Source: Capsulimonadaceae bacterium (lineage in GTDB: Bacteria; Armatimonadota; Armatimonadia; Armatimonadales; Capsulimonadaceae). From it: a stretch of DNA of 64,000 nt. The DNA is taken from NCBI GenBank assembly GCA_965215505.1, contig OZ244065.1, forward strand, positions 288,001 to 352,000. The letters run 5' to 3'. Shown piece after piece: positions 37,582 through 46,193 of the stretch. A program made the position numbers and the translations under genes. Position 1 is the stretch's first letter, and each line of letters starts with the position of its first letter. The notes below the pieces were generated by a model, which saw only the letters and a list, made by a program, of their open reading frames with translations, made no database searches and was not told where the DNA came from.

Positions 37582-40500
37582 TCAGTTGATCGTCACCTGA
37601 TAGCGGACGAACCCGTAGGAGTTGTAAGGGGAGCCTGCCGAAGTGGCGGCGGGCAGGGCGGTGGGGCTGACGACGACGTTCACGACGACCACGCCGCTGA
37701 CGTTCTGGGCCGCCGTGCAGATGCCGGACACGGCGACGCCGGGGACGTAGAACGTCCCCCGGTCGGCGTCGGCGGCGTTGCTGAGGTAGACGGTGGGGGC
37801 GGAGGGGTAGGCGGAGGGACTGGCGGCCAACGCCAGGCCGGAAGGTCCCGTCCCGCCGTCCGTCGGCGTCAGGCCGCTGTAGGAGGTGGGGGCGAAGGTG
37901 ACGTGGGCGGGCAGGACGTTTGAAACCACGACGCTGGTCACGCTCCCGGAGCCTACGGCGAGGAAGTAGATCGTGTACTCTACCGTATCACCGGGTCTGG
38001 CGGTCGTGGCGGTCGCGCCGCGCAGGTAGGCGGCGGACGGCGCGGGCCAGTAGGCGTTGGCATCGTTCCCGGTGCCGTCGGAGACGAACCCGGTGAGGGG
38101 GACGCCGTTGATGGCGGTGATGCGCTTGGTCAGCAGCAGGGCGGGCATGGCGGGCGTGACCGAGGCCTGATTGGAGTTGGCACTCGTCCCGCCGTTGTTG
38201 GTCGCCGTCACGATGTAGTAGTAGACGGTGCCGTTGGAGAGCGCCGCGCCGCCGGTCGGGTCCGTGAAGGAGGTGCCGGAAAGCCCCGTCCCGCCTGTCA
38301 CCGCCGTGTAGCCGCTGCCGCTGGTGGTGGACCGCAGCACCGTGTAGGTGATCGTGCCGCCGCCGGTCGCCGCCGTCCAGGAGAGCGTCGCCCGCGTATT
38401 GCCGGGCACGGCGGCCAGCGCTGTCGGGGCCGCCGGCGGGGCGTTCGGCATGGTGCTTACTTCGTCGGAATGGGCACTCTCGCCGCTCGCGGTGACGGCG
38501 GCGACTTTGTAGTAGTAAGTGGTGCCGTTGGTCAGGCCGGTGTCGGTGTAGCTGGCCGAGGCCAGCCCGGTCTGGTACGGGGTGCCACCCTCCGTCCCCG
38601 GTGTCGTCGCCCGGTACAGGTTGTAGGAGGCGGCGCTGGGGAAGGCCGACCAGGTGACGGTCGCGTTCGCATTGCCGGACGCGGCGGCGGCCCCGGTCGG
38701 GTAGGCGCTGATGGTGGCGATCTCGGCGGCGGTGAGGACGCGGTTATAGACGCGCGCATCGTCAATGCGGCCGTTCACCCAGGCGAACGGGGCGGCGCTA
38801 TACAGCCCGCGCCCGACCAGCGTATGGCCTCCCGCGCTCACGGGGGCTGAAAACGCCTGGGTGGCCTCTAATGTCCCGTTGACATAGAGTTTGAGCTGGC
38901 CGTTCACGGCATCATAGATGCCCAGCAGGTGATACCAGGTCCCGGCGACCGGCGTCGTCGCCGAAGTCGCGGCCCCGCCGACGAGCGCGTTGCTGTCCGC
39001 CGAAGCCAGGGCCAGGGTGAACTTGCCGACCGGCTGGTTGTAGTAGAGCGAGAGGATGCTGACATTGACCCCGCTCTCGCTGATGAATATCTGGTAGTTG
39101 GATGTGCTGTTCATCCTGACCCAGCAGGCGACACTGAAGCTGTTGGCGGTGGCGACGACCCCCTTCCCCATGTCCACCACGCCCGATGTCCCGTTGAAGC
39201 TGCCCGCATACCCGCTGCGGCCCGTCGCCCAGCCCGCGCCCGCGAACGCCCCCGTATTGGCGAAGCCCGACGAGTCGTTGGCCGTCGTGCCGGCGTCCTC
39301 GTCCATCTTCCACCAGCCCAGCAGGCCGCTCGCCCCGCCCGGCGTCGCCGCCACCTCGGCGGAGTTCGCGCTGACGGCGGCCCCGTTGACGGCTTGGACG
39401 ACGTAGAAGTAAGTGTTGTTGGCGGCGGTAGAATCGGTGTAGCTCGTGCCGGTGGGGGTCCCGACCTGGGTGTAGGGGCCGCCGGGCGTCGTCGCGCGGC
39501 TGACGACGTAGCTTGTCGCGCCGGCTGTCGCCGTCCACGCCAGGGCCACCTGGGCGTTCCCCGGCGTCGCCGTCACCCCGGTCGGCGCGGTGGGTATGGT
39601 GAGTGAGGCTTCATTGGAGAGTGCGCTCTCGCCCTGGGCGTTGACGGCGACGACTTTGTAGTAGTAGGCCGTGCCCGCCGTCAGGCCGGTGTCAGTATAG
39701 CTTGCCGAGGCCAAGCCCGTGCGGTACGGGGTGCTGCCTTCGGTGCCGGCGGATGTGCTGCGGTAGAGGTCGTAGGTGGTCGCGCCCGACACGGTCCCCC
39801 AGGTCAGGGACGCGCTGGTGGGCGAGGCTTCCGTGGCCGCCAGGCTCACCGGGGCCGCCGTCACCGACCCGCCCAGCACTTCCAGGCCGTCTATCACAGG
39901 GGCGTTGGGGTTGGTGCTGAAAAGGACCGTGATGTTGCCGCTGCCGTCGGCGGTGGCGTTGAAGTTGCGGACGACGGCCTTGTTGGAACCCCAGGCGGCG
40001 GCATAGATCTCGAAGCCGGTCAGAACCGTAGTCCCATTGATGGAGACGTTGAACAGGCGATGACCAGACGAGCCGTAGTACTTCTCCGCCATGTGCAGGC
40101 GCACGACGTAGGACCCGCCGGCGGTAAGCCCCGGCAGGGTGTAGGTCATCCCGCTGCCGGCCCCGTCCCGGTCAACCTGGTACACGGCCTGCGGCGCGGC
40201 GTTGGCGGCGGTCACGTTGATGGTGTTGCCGGAGGTGCTGACGCTCCCACCTGGGTTCGAGTAATAGGCGTCTGCCGCGAAGGGGGCGATGGCGGCGATG
40301 TAGGTGACCCGGCCCGCGTTGATCTGGTAGTAGGGTGAGGCCGTGTTGACGGGGTCTACGGCGACCTCAGCCGATTGGCTGCTGGTGCCGCCGGCGTTGA
40401 CGGCGGCGACAGTGTAGTAGTACGTCGTGCCGCGCGCCGCCGTGGTGTCGCTGTAGGAGGTGCCCGCGACGCCCGTAGCGAGACTGGTTTCAGCGCCGGA

Positions 40501-41721
40501 GGTCGCGCCCCGGTAGACGGTGTAGCTCGTGGCCCCGGACACCGTGCCCCAACTGATGACGGCGGGGGTGGCCGAACTCGTCGTCCCCGAGACGCCGGTC
40601 GGCGCGGACGGCACGGCGGCAAAGGCGGCCTCATTAGAGAGGGCGCTCTCGCCCTGGGCGTTGACGGCGACGACCTTGTAGTAGTAGGTGGCCCCCGCCG
40701 TCAGGCCGCTATCGGTGTAGGCGGCGGACGTCAGGCCGGTCTGGTACGGGGTGCTTCCTTCGGCCCCGGCGGCGGTGCCCCGGTACAGGTTATAAGTGGT
40801 CGCGCCCGACACCGTGCCCCAGGTGAGGGACGCGCTCGTGGCCGAGGCCTGTGCCGCCGCCAGGCTCGCCGGAGCGGCCGTCACCGACCCGCCCAGGATT
40901 TCCAGCGCGTTGATCTCGAGCTGGTCGGCGCTGCCGTTGCTGAAGTTGACCGCGATGTTGCCGCTGGCATCGGCGGTGGCGTTGAAGCTGCGGACGACGG
41001 CCTTGTGGGGGGCATTGGCCGCCACCCAGACGTCGAACTGGGTCAGCACTGAGGTGCCGTTGATGGCGACATTGAACTTGCGCTGGCCCGCCGCGGACCA
41101 GTAGTTCTCTGCCATCTGAAGGCGCACGACGTAGGAGCCGCCCGGCGTCAGGCCCGGCAGCGTGTAGGTGATCGGGCCGCCGGACGCGGAATTGCGCTCC
41201 GTCTTGTAGACCGTCACCGGCGCGGCATTGATTGCCGTCACATCGTCTGTGTTGCTGGTAAACCCTCCATTCCCGCCGGAAAAGTAGGCGTCTGCGGCGA
41301 AGGGGCTGACAGCGGGACCACCGGCATTAATCTGGTAGTAAGGGGAGGCCGTGTTGACCGGGTCCACGATGACCTCGGACGACTGGGCGCTCTCGCCGCC
41401 GGCGTTGACGGCGGTGATGGTGTAGTAGTACGTCGTGCCGCGCGCCGCCGTGGTGTCGCTGTAGGAGGTGCCCGCGACGCCCGTAGCGAGACTGGTTTCA
41501 GCGCCGGAGGTCGCGCCCCGGTAGACGGTGTAGGAGGTGGCCCCGGACACCGTGCCCCAACTGATGACGGCCGGAGTGGCCGAACTCGTCGTCCCCGAGA
41601 CGCCGGTCGGCGTTGACGGCCCGGCGGCGAAGGCGGGGGCGGCCCAGAGGCACCCGGCGAACAATGCCAGGAGCCGGAGGATAAACCGGGGGGTGAGTCG
41701 GGGGCCGCGGTGCGTCTTCAT
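37582..41721 (-). CDS. Large secreted adhesin-like protein: Fn3 repeats, two malectin domains, LamG domain, C-terminal truncated DUF11-type domain
   Basis: Signal peptide; Fn3 'W..VSGATSY.VYR...YYY.V.AVN'; malectin 'YQINAG...VRL.MAE.Y...RKFNV.ING'; LamG 'WYHLLGIYD...LKLYVNG'; terminal 'LLLTKRI...PGDTVEYTIYF...VRYQVTIN'. Confidence 0.85.
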   Translation of the reverse strand: MKTHRGPRLTPRFILRLLALFAGCLWAAPAFAAGPSTPTGVSGTTSSATPAVISWGTVSGATSYTVYRGATSGAETSLATGVAGTSYSDTTAARGTTYYYTITAVNAGGESAQSSEVIVDPVNTASPYYQINAGGPAVSPFAADAYFSGGNGGFTSNTDDVTAINAAPVTVYKTERNSASGGPITYTLPGLTPGGSYVVRLQMAENYWSAAGQRKFNVAINGTSVLTQFDVWVAANAPHKAVVRSFNATADASGNIAVNFSNGSADQLEINALEILGGSVTAAPASLAAAQASATSASLTWGTVSGATTYNLYRGTAAGAEGSTPYQTGLTSAAYTDSGLTAGATYYYKVVAVNAQGESALSNEAAFAAVPSAPTGVSGTTSSATPAVISWGTVSGATSYTVYRGATSGAETSLATGVAGTSYSDTTAARGTTYYYTVAAVNAGGTSSQSAEVAVDPVNTASPYYQINAGRVTYIAAIAPFAADAYYSNPGGSVSTSGNTINVTAANAAPQAVYQVDRDGAGSGMTYTLPGLTAGGSYVVRLHMAEKYYGSSGHRLFNVSINGTTVLTGFEIYAAAWGSNKAVVRNFNATADGSGNITVLFSTNPNAPVIDGLEVLGGSVTAAPVSLAATEASPTSASLTWGTVSGATTYDLYRSTSAGTEGSTPYRTGLASASYTDTGLTAGTAYYYKVVAVNAQGESALSNEASLTIPTAPTGVTATPGNAQVALAWTATAGATSYVVSRATTPGGPYTQVGTPTGTSYTDSTAANNTYFYVVQAVNGAAVSANSAEVAATPGGASGLLGWWKMDEDAGTTANDSSGFANTGAFAGAGWATGRSGYAGSFNGTSGVVDMGKGVVATANSFSVACWVRMNSTSNYQIFISESGVNVSILSLYYNQPVGKFTLALASADSNALVGGAATSATTPVAGTWYHLLGIYDAVNGQLKLYVNGTLEATQAFSAPVSAGGHTLVGRGLYSAAPFAWVNGRIDDARVYNRVLTAAEIATISAYPTGAAAASGNANATVTWSAFPSAASYNLYRATTPGTEGGTPYQTGLASASYTDTGLTNGTTYYYKVAAVTASGESAHSDEVSTMPNAPPAAPTALAAVPGNTRATLSWTAATGGGTITYTVLRSTTSGSGYTAVTGGTGLSGTSFTDPTGGAALSNGTVYYYIVTATNNGGTSANSNQASVTPAMPALLLTKRITAINGVPLTGFVSDGTGNDANAYWPAPSAAYLRGATATTARPGDTVEYTIYFLAVGSGSVTSVVVSNVLPAHVTFAPTSYSGLTPTDGGTGPSGLALAASPSAYPSAPTVYLSNAADADRGTFYVPGVAVSGICTAAQNVSGVVVVNVVVSPTALPAATSAGSPYNSYGFVRYQVTIN

Positions 41722-41735
41722 CGGGGAGCGCTCCG

Positions 41736-42248
41736 TCAGCGGATACGCACCTCACAGCGGGCCGAGACGGACCCCATCGGCGGCAGATCACCCAGGAACG
41801 TCCAGCGGAGCGTCGTGTACCGCGAGGCCGGGGCCGGCTCGTCGTCGGTGCTGCCGTCAGGGTGGGTCACCCGGACCGTCGGCTTCTCGGCGAAGGTCTT
41901 GCCGCCGTCGAGGCTTGCGGTCAGCCGGGCGTCGCCGGAGGCCGACGCCGACGACGCTTGGTATTCCATGCCGCGCGGGACCGGCTGGGTGAGGACGAAG
42001 CCCCTGATGGGCCGTGCGAGGTGGCTGCTCGCGGTCACGGTGTACCGGAGGGCGTCGCCGGGCAGGACGACGGCCTTGCCCGAGCCGAGCGGGAGCCATT
42101 TTGGCTGTCCGTCCTGACCGGGCGGGGCCTTCTTCTCGACGGTCAGCAGCACGGCGACCGGTGCCGGGCCGGCGGGGGCCGCCCAGGCCGCAGGCAGGCA
42201 GAGCGCGGCGGCGAGCAGCATCAGTATGGAGTTGAAGCGGGTTTTCAT
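41736..42248 (-). CDS. Small secreted DUF11-type protein (paralog of 53493-54005)
   Basis: Signal peptide; 'PGDALRYTV', 'QPVPRGMEY', 'SLDGGKTF', 'YTTLRWTF'. Confidence 0.8.
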   Translation of the reverse strand: MKTRFNSILMLLAAALCLPAAWAAPAGPAPVAVLLTVEKKAPPGQDGQPKWLPLGSGKAVVLPGDALRYTVTASSHLARPIRGFVLTQPVPRGMEYQASSASASGDARLTASLDGGKTFAEKPTVRVTHPDGSTDDEPAPASRYTTLRWTFLGDLPPMGSVSARCEVRIR

Positions 42249-42303
42249 CGTGTTCCTTGTGTTCCTTCTTTTGTGTTCCTTCGCCGCTGACCCGTGGGCG
42301 CGG

Positions 42304-44697
42304 TCAGTTCAGCTTCCGACGGATCGTAAAGGTGCCGGAAGCGCCCGGCGCGATCGCGCCGGTGATGGTGTCCAGATACTTGGTGACATCCGTCGCCGCC
42401 GTCGTCCCGGTCTGGTCCGAGCAGCTCGTGGTCGCCGGGTTCCCGGAGAAGAACGTGACCACGCCGCCCGAGTCCACCGCCCGGCCCACGACATTGCTAG
42501 TGTCAATGATGCCGTTGCCGTCGTTGTCGAGCGCCCAGTTCGCGCCGCCGCCGATCCCGCTCCGCACCAGGACGACGTTGCTGGCGTTGAGCTGCTTGCA
42601 GTTCGTCCCGCCCGAGGACGAGATGTTCTGGTAGGTCACCTGATATTCCAGGAACCGGCCCGGCAGCAGGTTCGCCGGGGTCAATGTCTGCGTGTAGGCC
42701 TGGATGACGCTCGTGCCGTCGGTGCCCAGGATGCGCCCCAGCACGGCCAGCTTGAGGAAGCCCGTATACACCCGGTCCACGGTGTTCTCCGTGCCCTCGC
42801 CGCTATCATAGGTGCCGCTCCCGTTGCTGTCAATGAAGGCCTGGAGGACGACCGGGTAGCCCTTGCCGGTGTCGGTCGAGAGGGCGGTCGCGTTCGGGAG
42901 CTGCATGGAGGCGGTGATGTTGACCGTGCCGCCGGCGGCGATGTTCGTGGCCGAGATCGCCGTGCCGGACGTCTTGGTCCAGGCGGTGCCGTTGTAGGTG
43001 TAGAGCGGCGCATTGCCGCCGTAGGTCAGCGTGACGGTCGTCCCGCTCGGGAGGTCGGCCGCCTGGCCGCCGGGCAGGACGCTCGGGGGCAGGGGGACGA
43101 CGTAGATGGTGTTCGTGATCGTGGTCGAGCCGGTGTTCTTGATCGTGTTCGTGAAGGACACGGCGGCCGGGTTGATCGCATTCCCCGCCGTCAGCCCGGA
43201 CGGCACCGGGGACGAGAGGTTCGTGTAGTCGTCGTTGGCGTCGGTGGGGCCGACCGCCTGGGGTGAGCCGCTCGGCCCGATCGCGAGCGCGCCCGCCGGC
43301 TGGACCGTGTAGACGTTATCCTGCCCGCCCGCCCCTGAACCGGTGTTGTTGTTTGAAGCGTCCGTCCCGTCGCCTGCGGGGTTGGCGACGCCGCTCCGGG
43401 GCGTGTTGGACCCGTAGGAGCCGTCGTCGTTGAAGTTCGCCGGGTTGGCATCCCCGGACTCGTCGTAGCACAGCGCGCCGGTGACGTCGCCCGCCGAGTT
43501 GCCGAGGAGCTGCGCGAGGGCCGCGACCGTGGTCGGGGCGGTCAGGCTGACGCCGCTCGTGAGTACCGTGAAGGCGAACCCGGTCAGGCTGGTGCCCTTG
43601 GTGATGGGACCGGCGGCGACGAAACCGAGGCGCGTCGTGTTCGACAGCGGTGAGGGCGCTGTGGAAACCCAGGCCGCCGCGCTCGGCAGCGTGGTGGTGG
43701 CGCTGGTGGTATAAATCGCTGTCCAGCCGGAAGGGGCGGCGGGGGTGCCGGTAAGCACGGCCCCGGTGGGCACCGCGACCGAGATCAGGATGCGGCTGAC
43801 GGTGCTGCCGTCGAGGCTGATGCTGGTCGCGGTCAGGTCTGCGGGGACATACTCGGGCAGGGCGTTCGTCCACGCGCTCGAGTTGACGTTCAGGCCGAGG
43901 CTGTAGGCGAGGGTGTCATGCTGAGAGTCCACGCCCTGGGTCAGCGCCCCGTGCGTGAGCAGGACGGCGGCGAAGGCCTGCGGCTGCGAGCCGGCCGTCG
44001 TGGACTCGGTGGCGCTGGCCTCGCGGTTGCCGTTGACCGGCGATCCGGGGTCGGATGTATAGCACTTGCCCGCGCCGCCGGTCGGCGCGGTGGGGTAGGC
44101 CTGGTTCTGCGTTCCGGCGCTGTTGTCGTTCGGGCTGGTGTTACCGAGCAGCACGGCGATGGCGGCACCGGGGGCGGCGCTCGGAGTGACCGTGGCCGAG
44201 ACGCGCACCTGCACCGTGCCGCCCTCGGCGACGGTCGGCGTGGTAGCGCTGGCCCCCGAGACGGTGGTGTAGCTGGTGCCGCCGTTGGTGCTATACTGGA
44301 CGGAGGTCAGCGCGGCCGGGCCGGTGATGGCCACGGTGCCGGGGATGACGAACTGGTCGGTGTCGTTGCCGACGTTCGTGATCACATAGTCGTAGTACAG
44401 GACGTGGCCGGGCAGGATGTTGGCACCGCCCGTGTGGTCGGTGACGGCGGACCCCGTCAGCGTCATGCCCGCCACCTCGGCCACGGTCACGGTGACCGAG
44501 TTGGAAGGCGCGTTGACGGTCTGGCCGCTGTTGTTCGGGTCCACATAGCTCGCCGAAGCCGAGTCGGTGATGGGCGTGCCGGCCGCCGTCTGGGCGCGTG
44601 CGCCAGGCAGGGGCAGCAGCATCGCTGCCAGCAGCAGCGTGGGGAGGAGACCGCACAGCAGCCGTTCAGGGGGCCAAGTTTTTATCTTCGTGACCAC
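42304..44697 (-). CDS. Secreted beta-rich DUF11-type repeat protein (putative filament shaft, paralog of 54015-56396)
   Basis: Signal peptide; colinear similarity with 54015-56396 over the whole length. Confidence 0.82.
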   Translation of the reverse strand: MVTKIKTWPPERLLCGLLPTLLLAAMLLPLPGARAQTAAGTPITDSASASYVDPNNSGQTVNAPSNSVTVTVAEVAGMTLTGSAVTDHTGGANILPGHVLYYDYVITNVGNDTDQFVIPGTVAITGPAALTSVQYSTNGGTSYTTVSGASATTPTVAEGGTVQVRVSATVTPSAAPGAAIAVLLGNTSPNDNSAGTQNQAYPTAPTGGAGKCYTSDPGSPVNGNREASATESTTAGSQPQAFAAVLLTHGALTQGVDSQHDTLAYSLGLNVNSSAWTNALPEYVPADLTATSISLDGSTVSRILISVAVPTGAVLTGTPAAPSGWTAIYTTSATTTLPSAAAWVSTAPSPLSNTTRLGFVAAGPITKGTSLTGFAFTVLTSGVSLTAPTTVAALAQLLGNSAGDVTGALCYDESGDANPANFNDDGSYGSNTPRSGVANPAGDGTDASNNNTGSGAGGQDNVYTVQPAGALAIGPSGSPQAVGPTDANDDYTNLSSPVPSGLTAGNAINPAAVSFTNTIKNTGSTTITNTIYVVPLPPSVLPGGQAADLPSGTTVTLTYGGNAPLYTYNGTAWTKTSGTAISATNIAAGGTVNITASMQLPNATALSTDTGKGYPVVLQAFIDSNGSGTYDSGEGTENTVDRVYTGFLKLAVLGRILGTDGTSVIQAYTQTLTPANLLPGRFLEYQVTYQNISSSGGTNCKQLNASNVVLVRSGIGGGANWALDNDGNGIIDTSNVVGRAVDSGGVVTFFSGNPATTSCSDQTGTTAATDVTKYLDTITGAIAPGASGTFTIRRKLN

Positions 44698-44797
44698 GAC
44701 CGGTCCGATCTACAGTGGAAGCCGTAACAGTTGCCTCCGCAGGCGAAAGAGAGGGCGGAAGATGATGCTCGTGTTTTTGCGGAGTGTCCAGCACTCA

Positions 44798-44827
44798 TTA
44801 TCGGGGAAAGCTGTTATAACTATAGGG
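44798..44827 (-). promoter_or_regulatory. Sigma28 (FliA/SigD)-like promoter TATA-N15-CCCGATAA upstream of the second shaft gene
   Basis: Minus strand CCCTATAGTTATAACAGCTTTCCCCGATAA; matches the motif at 56503-56533. Confidence 0.6.
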
Positions 44828-44867
44828 CAGAAGGGTACGGATTTCTGCGGGATGAAAGGAAACTGCC

Positions 44868-46001
44868 ATGACGGAAACACCACTGCGGGTCGCCATCGTC
44901 GGGACCGCAAAACGCTCGGACTACCTCTACGGGCCGCTCTTGAGAGCCATGACCGGCGTCGAGCTGGTCGCCGTCTGGGGCCGGAGTGAGGGTTCTGCCC
45001 AGAAGCTCGGCGCGAGTCTGGGGGTGCCCGCCTACACGGACCTTGCCCGGCTGATTGCCGAGACCGGGGCCGAGATCGGCGTCGTCTCGGTCTCCTATGG
45101 CGCGAACGGGTCGGTCGGGCTGCTGGCCGTCGAACACGGCCTGCACGTTTTATTGGAGACGCCCATCGCCCACGAGCTGGCCGAGGCCGACGCCATCATC
45201 GCCGCCGCCGGTCTGCGCGGCCTGAAGGTGGAGGTGGCCGAGCAGTTCCACCGCCGCCCCCTGGAGGCGATCAAGCTGAAGCTGATCGCGTCGGGCCTGT
45301 TCGGGCGCGTCCACACCTCGTTCAGCGACTTCGCCGGCCACGGCTATCACGGGGTCAGCGTCATGCGCTCCTACCTCGGCTTCGACGCCAAACCGGTGCA
45401 GGTGACGGGGGCGGTCCGCTCCTACCCGCTGGCCTCGCACCGGCCTTACCTGGGCACATCGGACCGGGCGCGGGACGAGACGCAGGAACACGCGACGGTG
45501 GAGTTTGAAGACGGGCGGCTGGGGCTGTTCCACTGGACGAGCGTCGGCTACGACTCGCCGCTGCGCTGGTGGCGCTCCTCGCGGTTCCTGGCGGAGCGCG
45601 GCATGGGGGTGACGACGGGGATGTACCCGGACGTCCAGGAGTATCTGACCCTGCTGACGCCGGACGGGCAGGCCGCCCAGCCGGTCATGCTGGAGCGCCG
45701 CCTGGAGCGGGTGGACGGCGGGGCGCTGACGGCGATGGTGGCGCACACGGGCGACGCCGCCCTGCCCACGGTCATTTGGGAGAACCCGTTCAAGCCTGCC
45801 GTCCAGGGCCACGGCCCGCAGTGGCACGACGACGAGATCGGGGTGGCGGGGTGTCTCCAGAGCCTGATAGACGCCGTGCGGAACGACGCCGCGCCGAGCT
45901 ACGGGCCGCAGCAGGCGCGTCTGGACCAGGAGATCGTGCTGGCCCTGCATCGGTCCTCGAATGAGGGGGGCCGCCCGGTGCGGCTGGCGTCTTCCTTCTG
46001 A
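44868..46001 (+). CDS. Gfo/Idh/MocA-family oxidoreductase
   Basis: 'LRVAIVGT', 'GLHVLLETPIA'. Confidence 0.85.
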   Translation: MTETPLRVAIVGTAKRSDYLYGPLLRAMTGVELVAVWGRSEGSAQKLGASLGVPAYTDLARLIAETGAEIGVVSVSYGANGSVGLLAVEHGLHVLLETPIAHELAEADAIIAAAGLRGLKVEVAEQFHRRPLEAIKLKLIASGLFGRVHTSFSDFAGHGYHGVSVMRSYLGFDAKPVQVTGAVRSYPLASHRPYLGTSDRARDETQEHATVEFEDGRLGLFHWTSVGYDSPLRWWRSSRFLAERGMGVTTGMYPDVQEYLTLLTPDGQAAQPVMLERRLERVDGGALTAMVAHTGDAALPTVIWENPFKPAVQGHGPQWHDDEIGVAGCLQSLIDAVRNDAAPSYGPQQARLDQEIVLALHRSSNEGGRPVRLASSF

Positions 46002-46012
46002 GACGGACAGGA

Positions 46013-46157
46013 GACGAGTGATTGAAATCACTCGCTGCCCTCGGATTTGTCCAGGGGACAAGGGAACGGGATGATGCCGAACGTCCCTCGTCCCCGTCCT
46101 GCCCTCTTCTGTCCCCTGGACAGGTCCGCGCGTAGCGAGTGATTTTAATCACTCGTC
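46013..46157. repeat. ~145-bp nested-palindromic element, copy 3
   Basis: Same termini (one substitution) and TGTCCAGGGGACA/TGTCCCCTGGACA pair. Confidence 0.9.
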
Positions 46158-46193
46158 CTACCGGCGTGTGACATGAGCTACTTCACCCGGACA

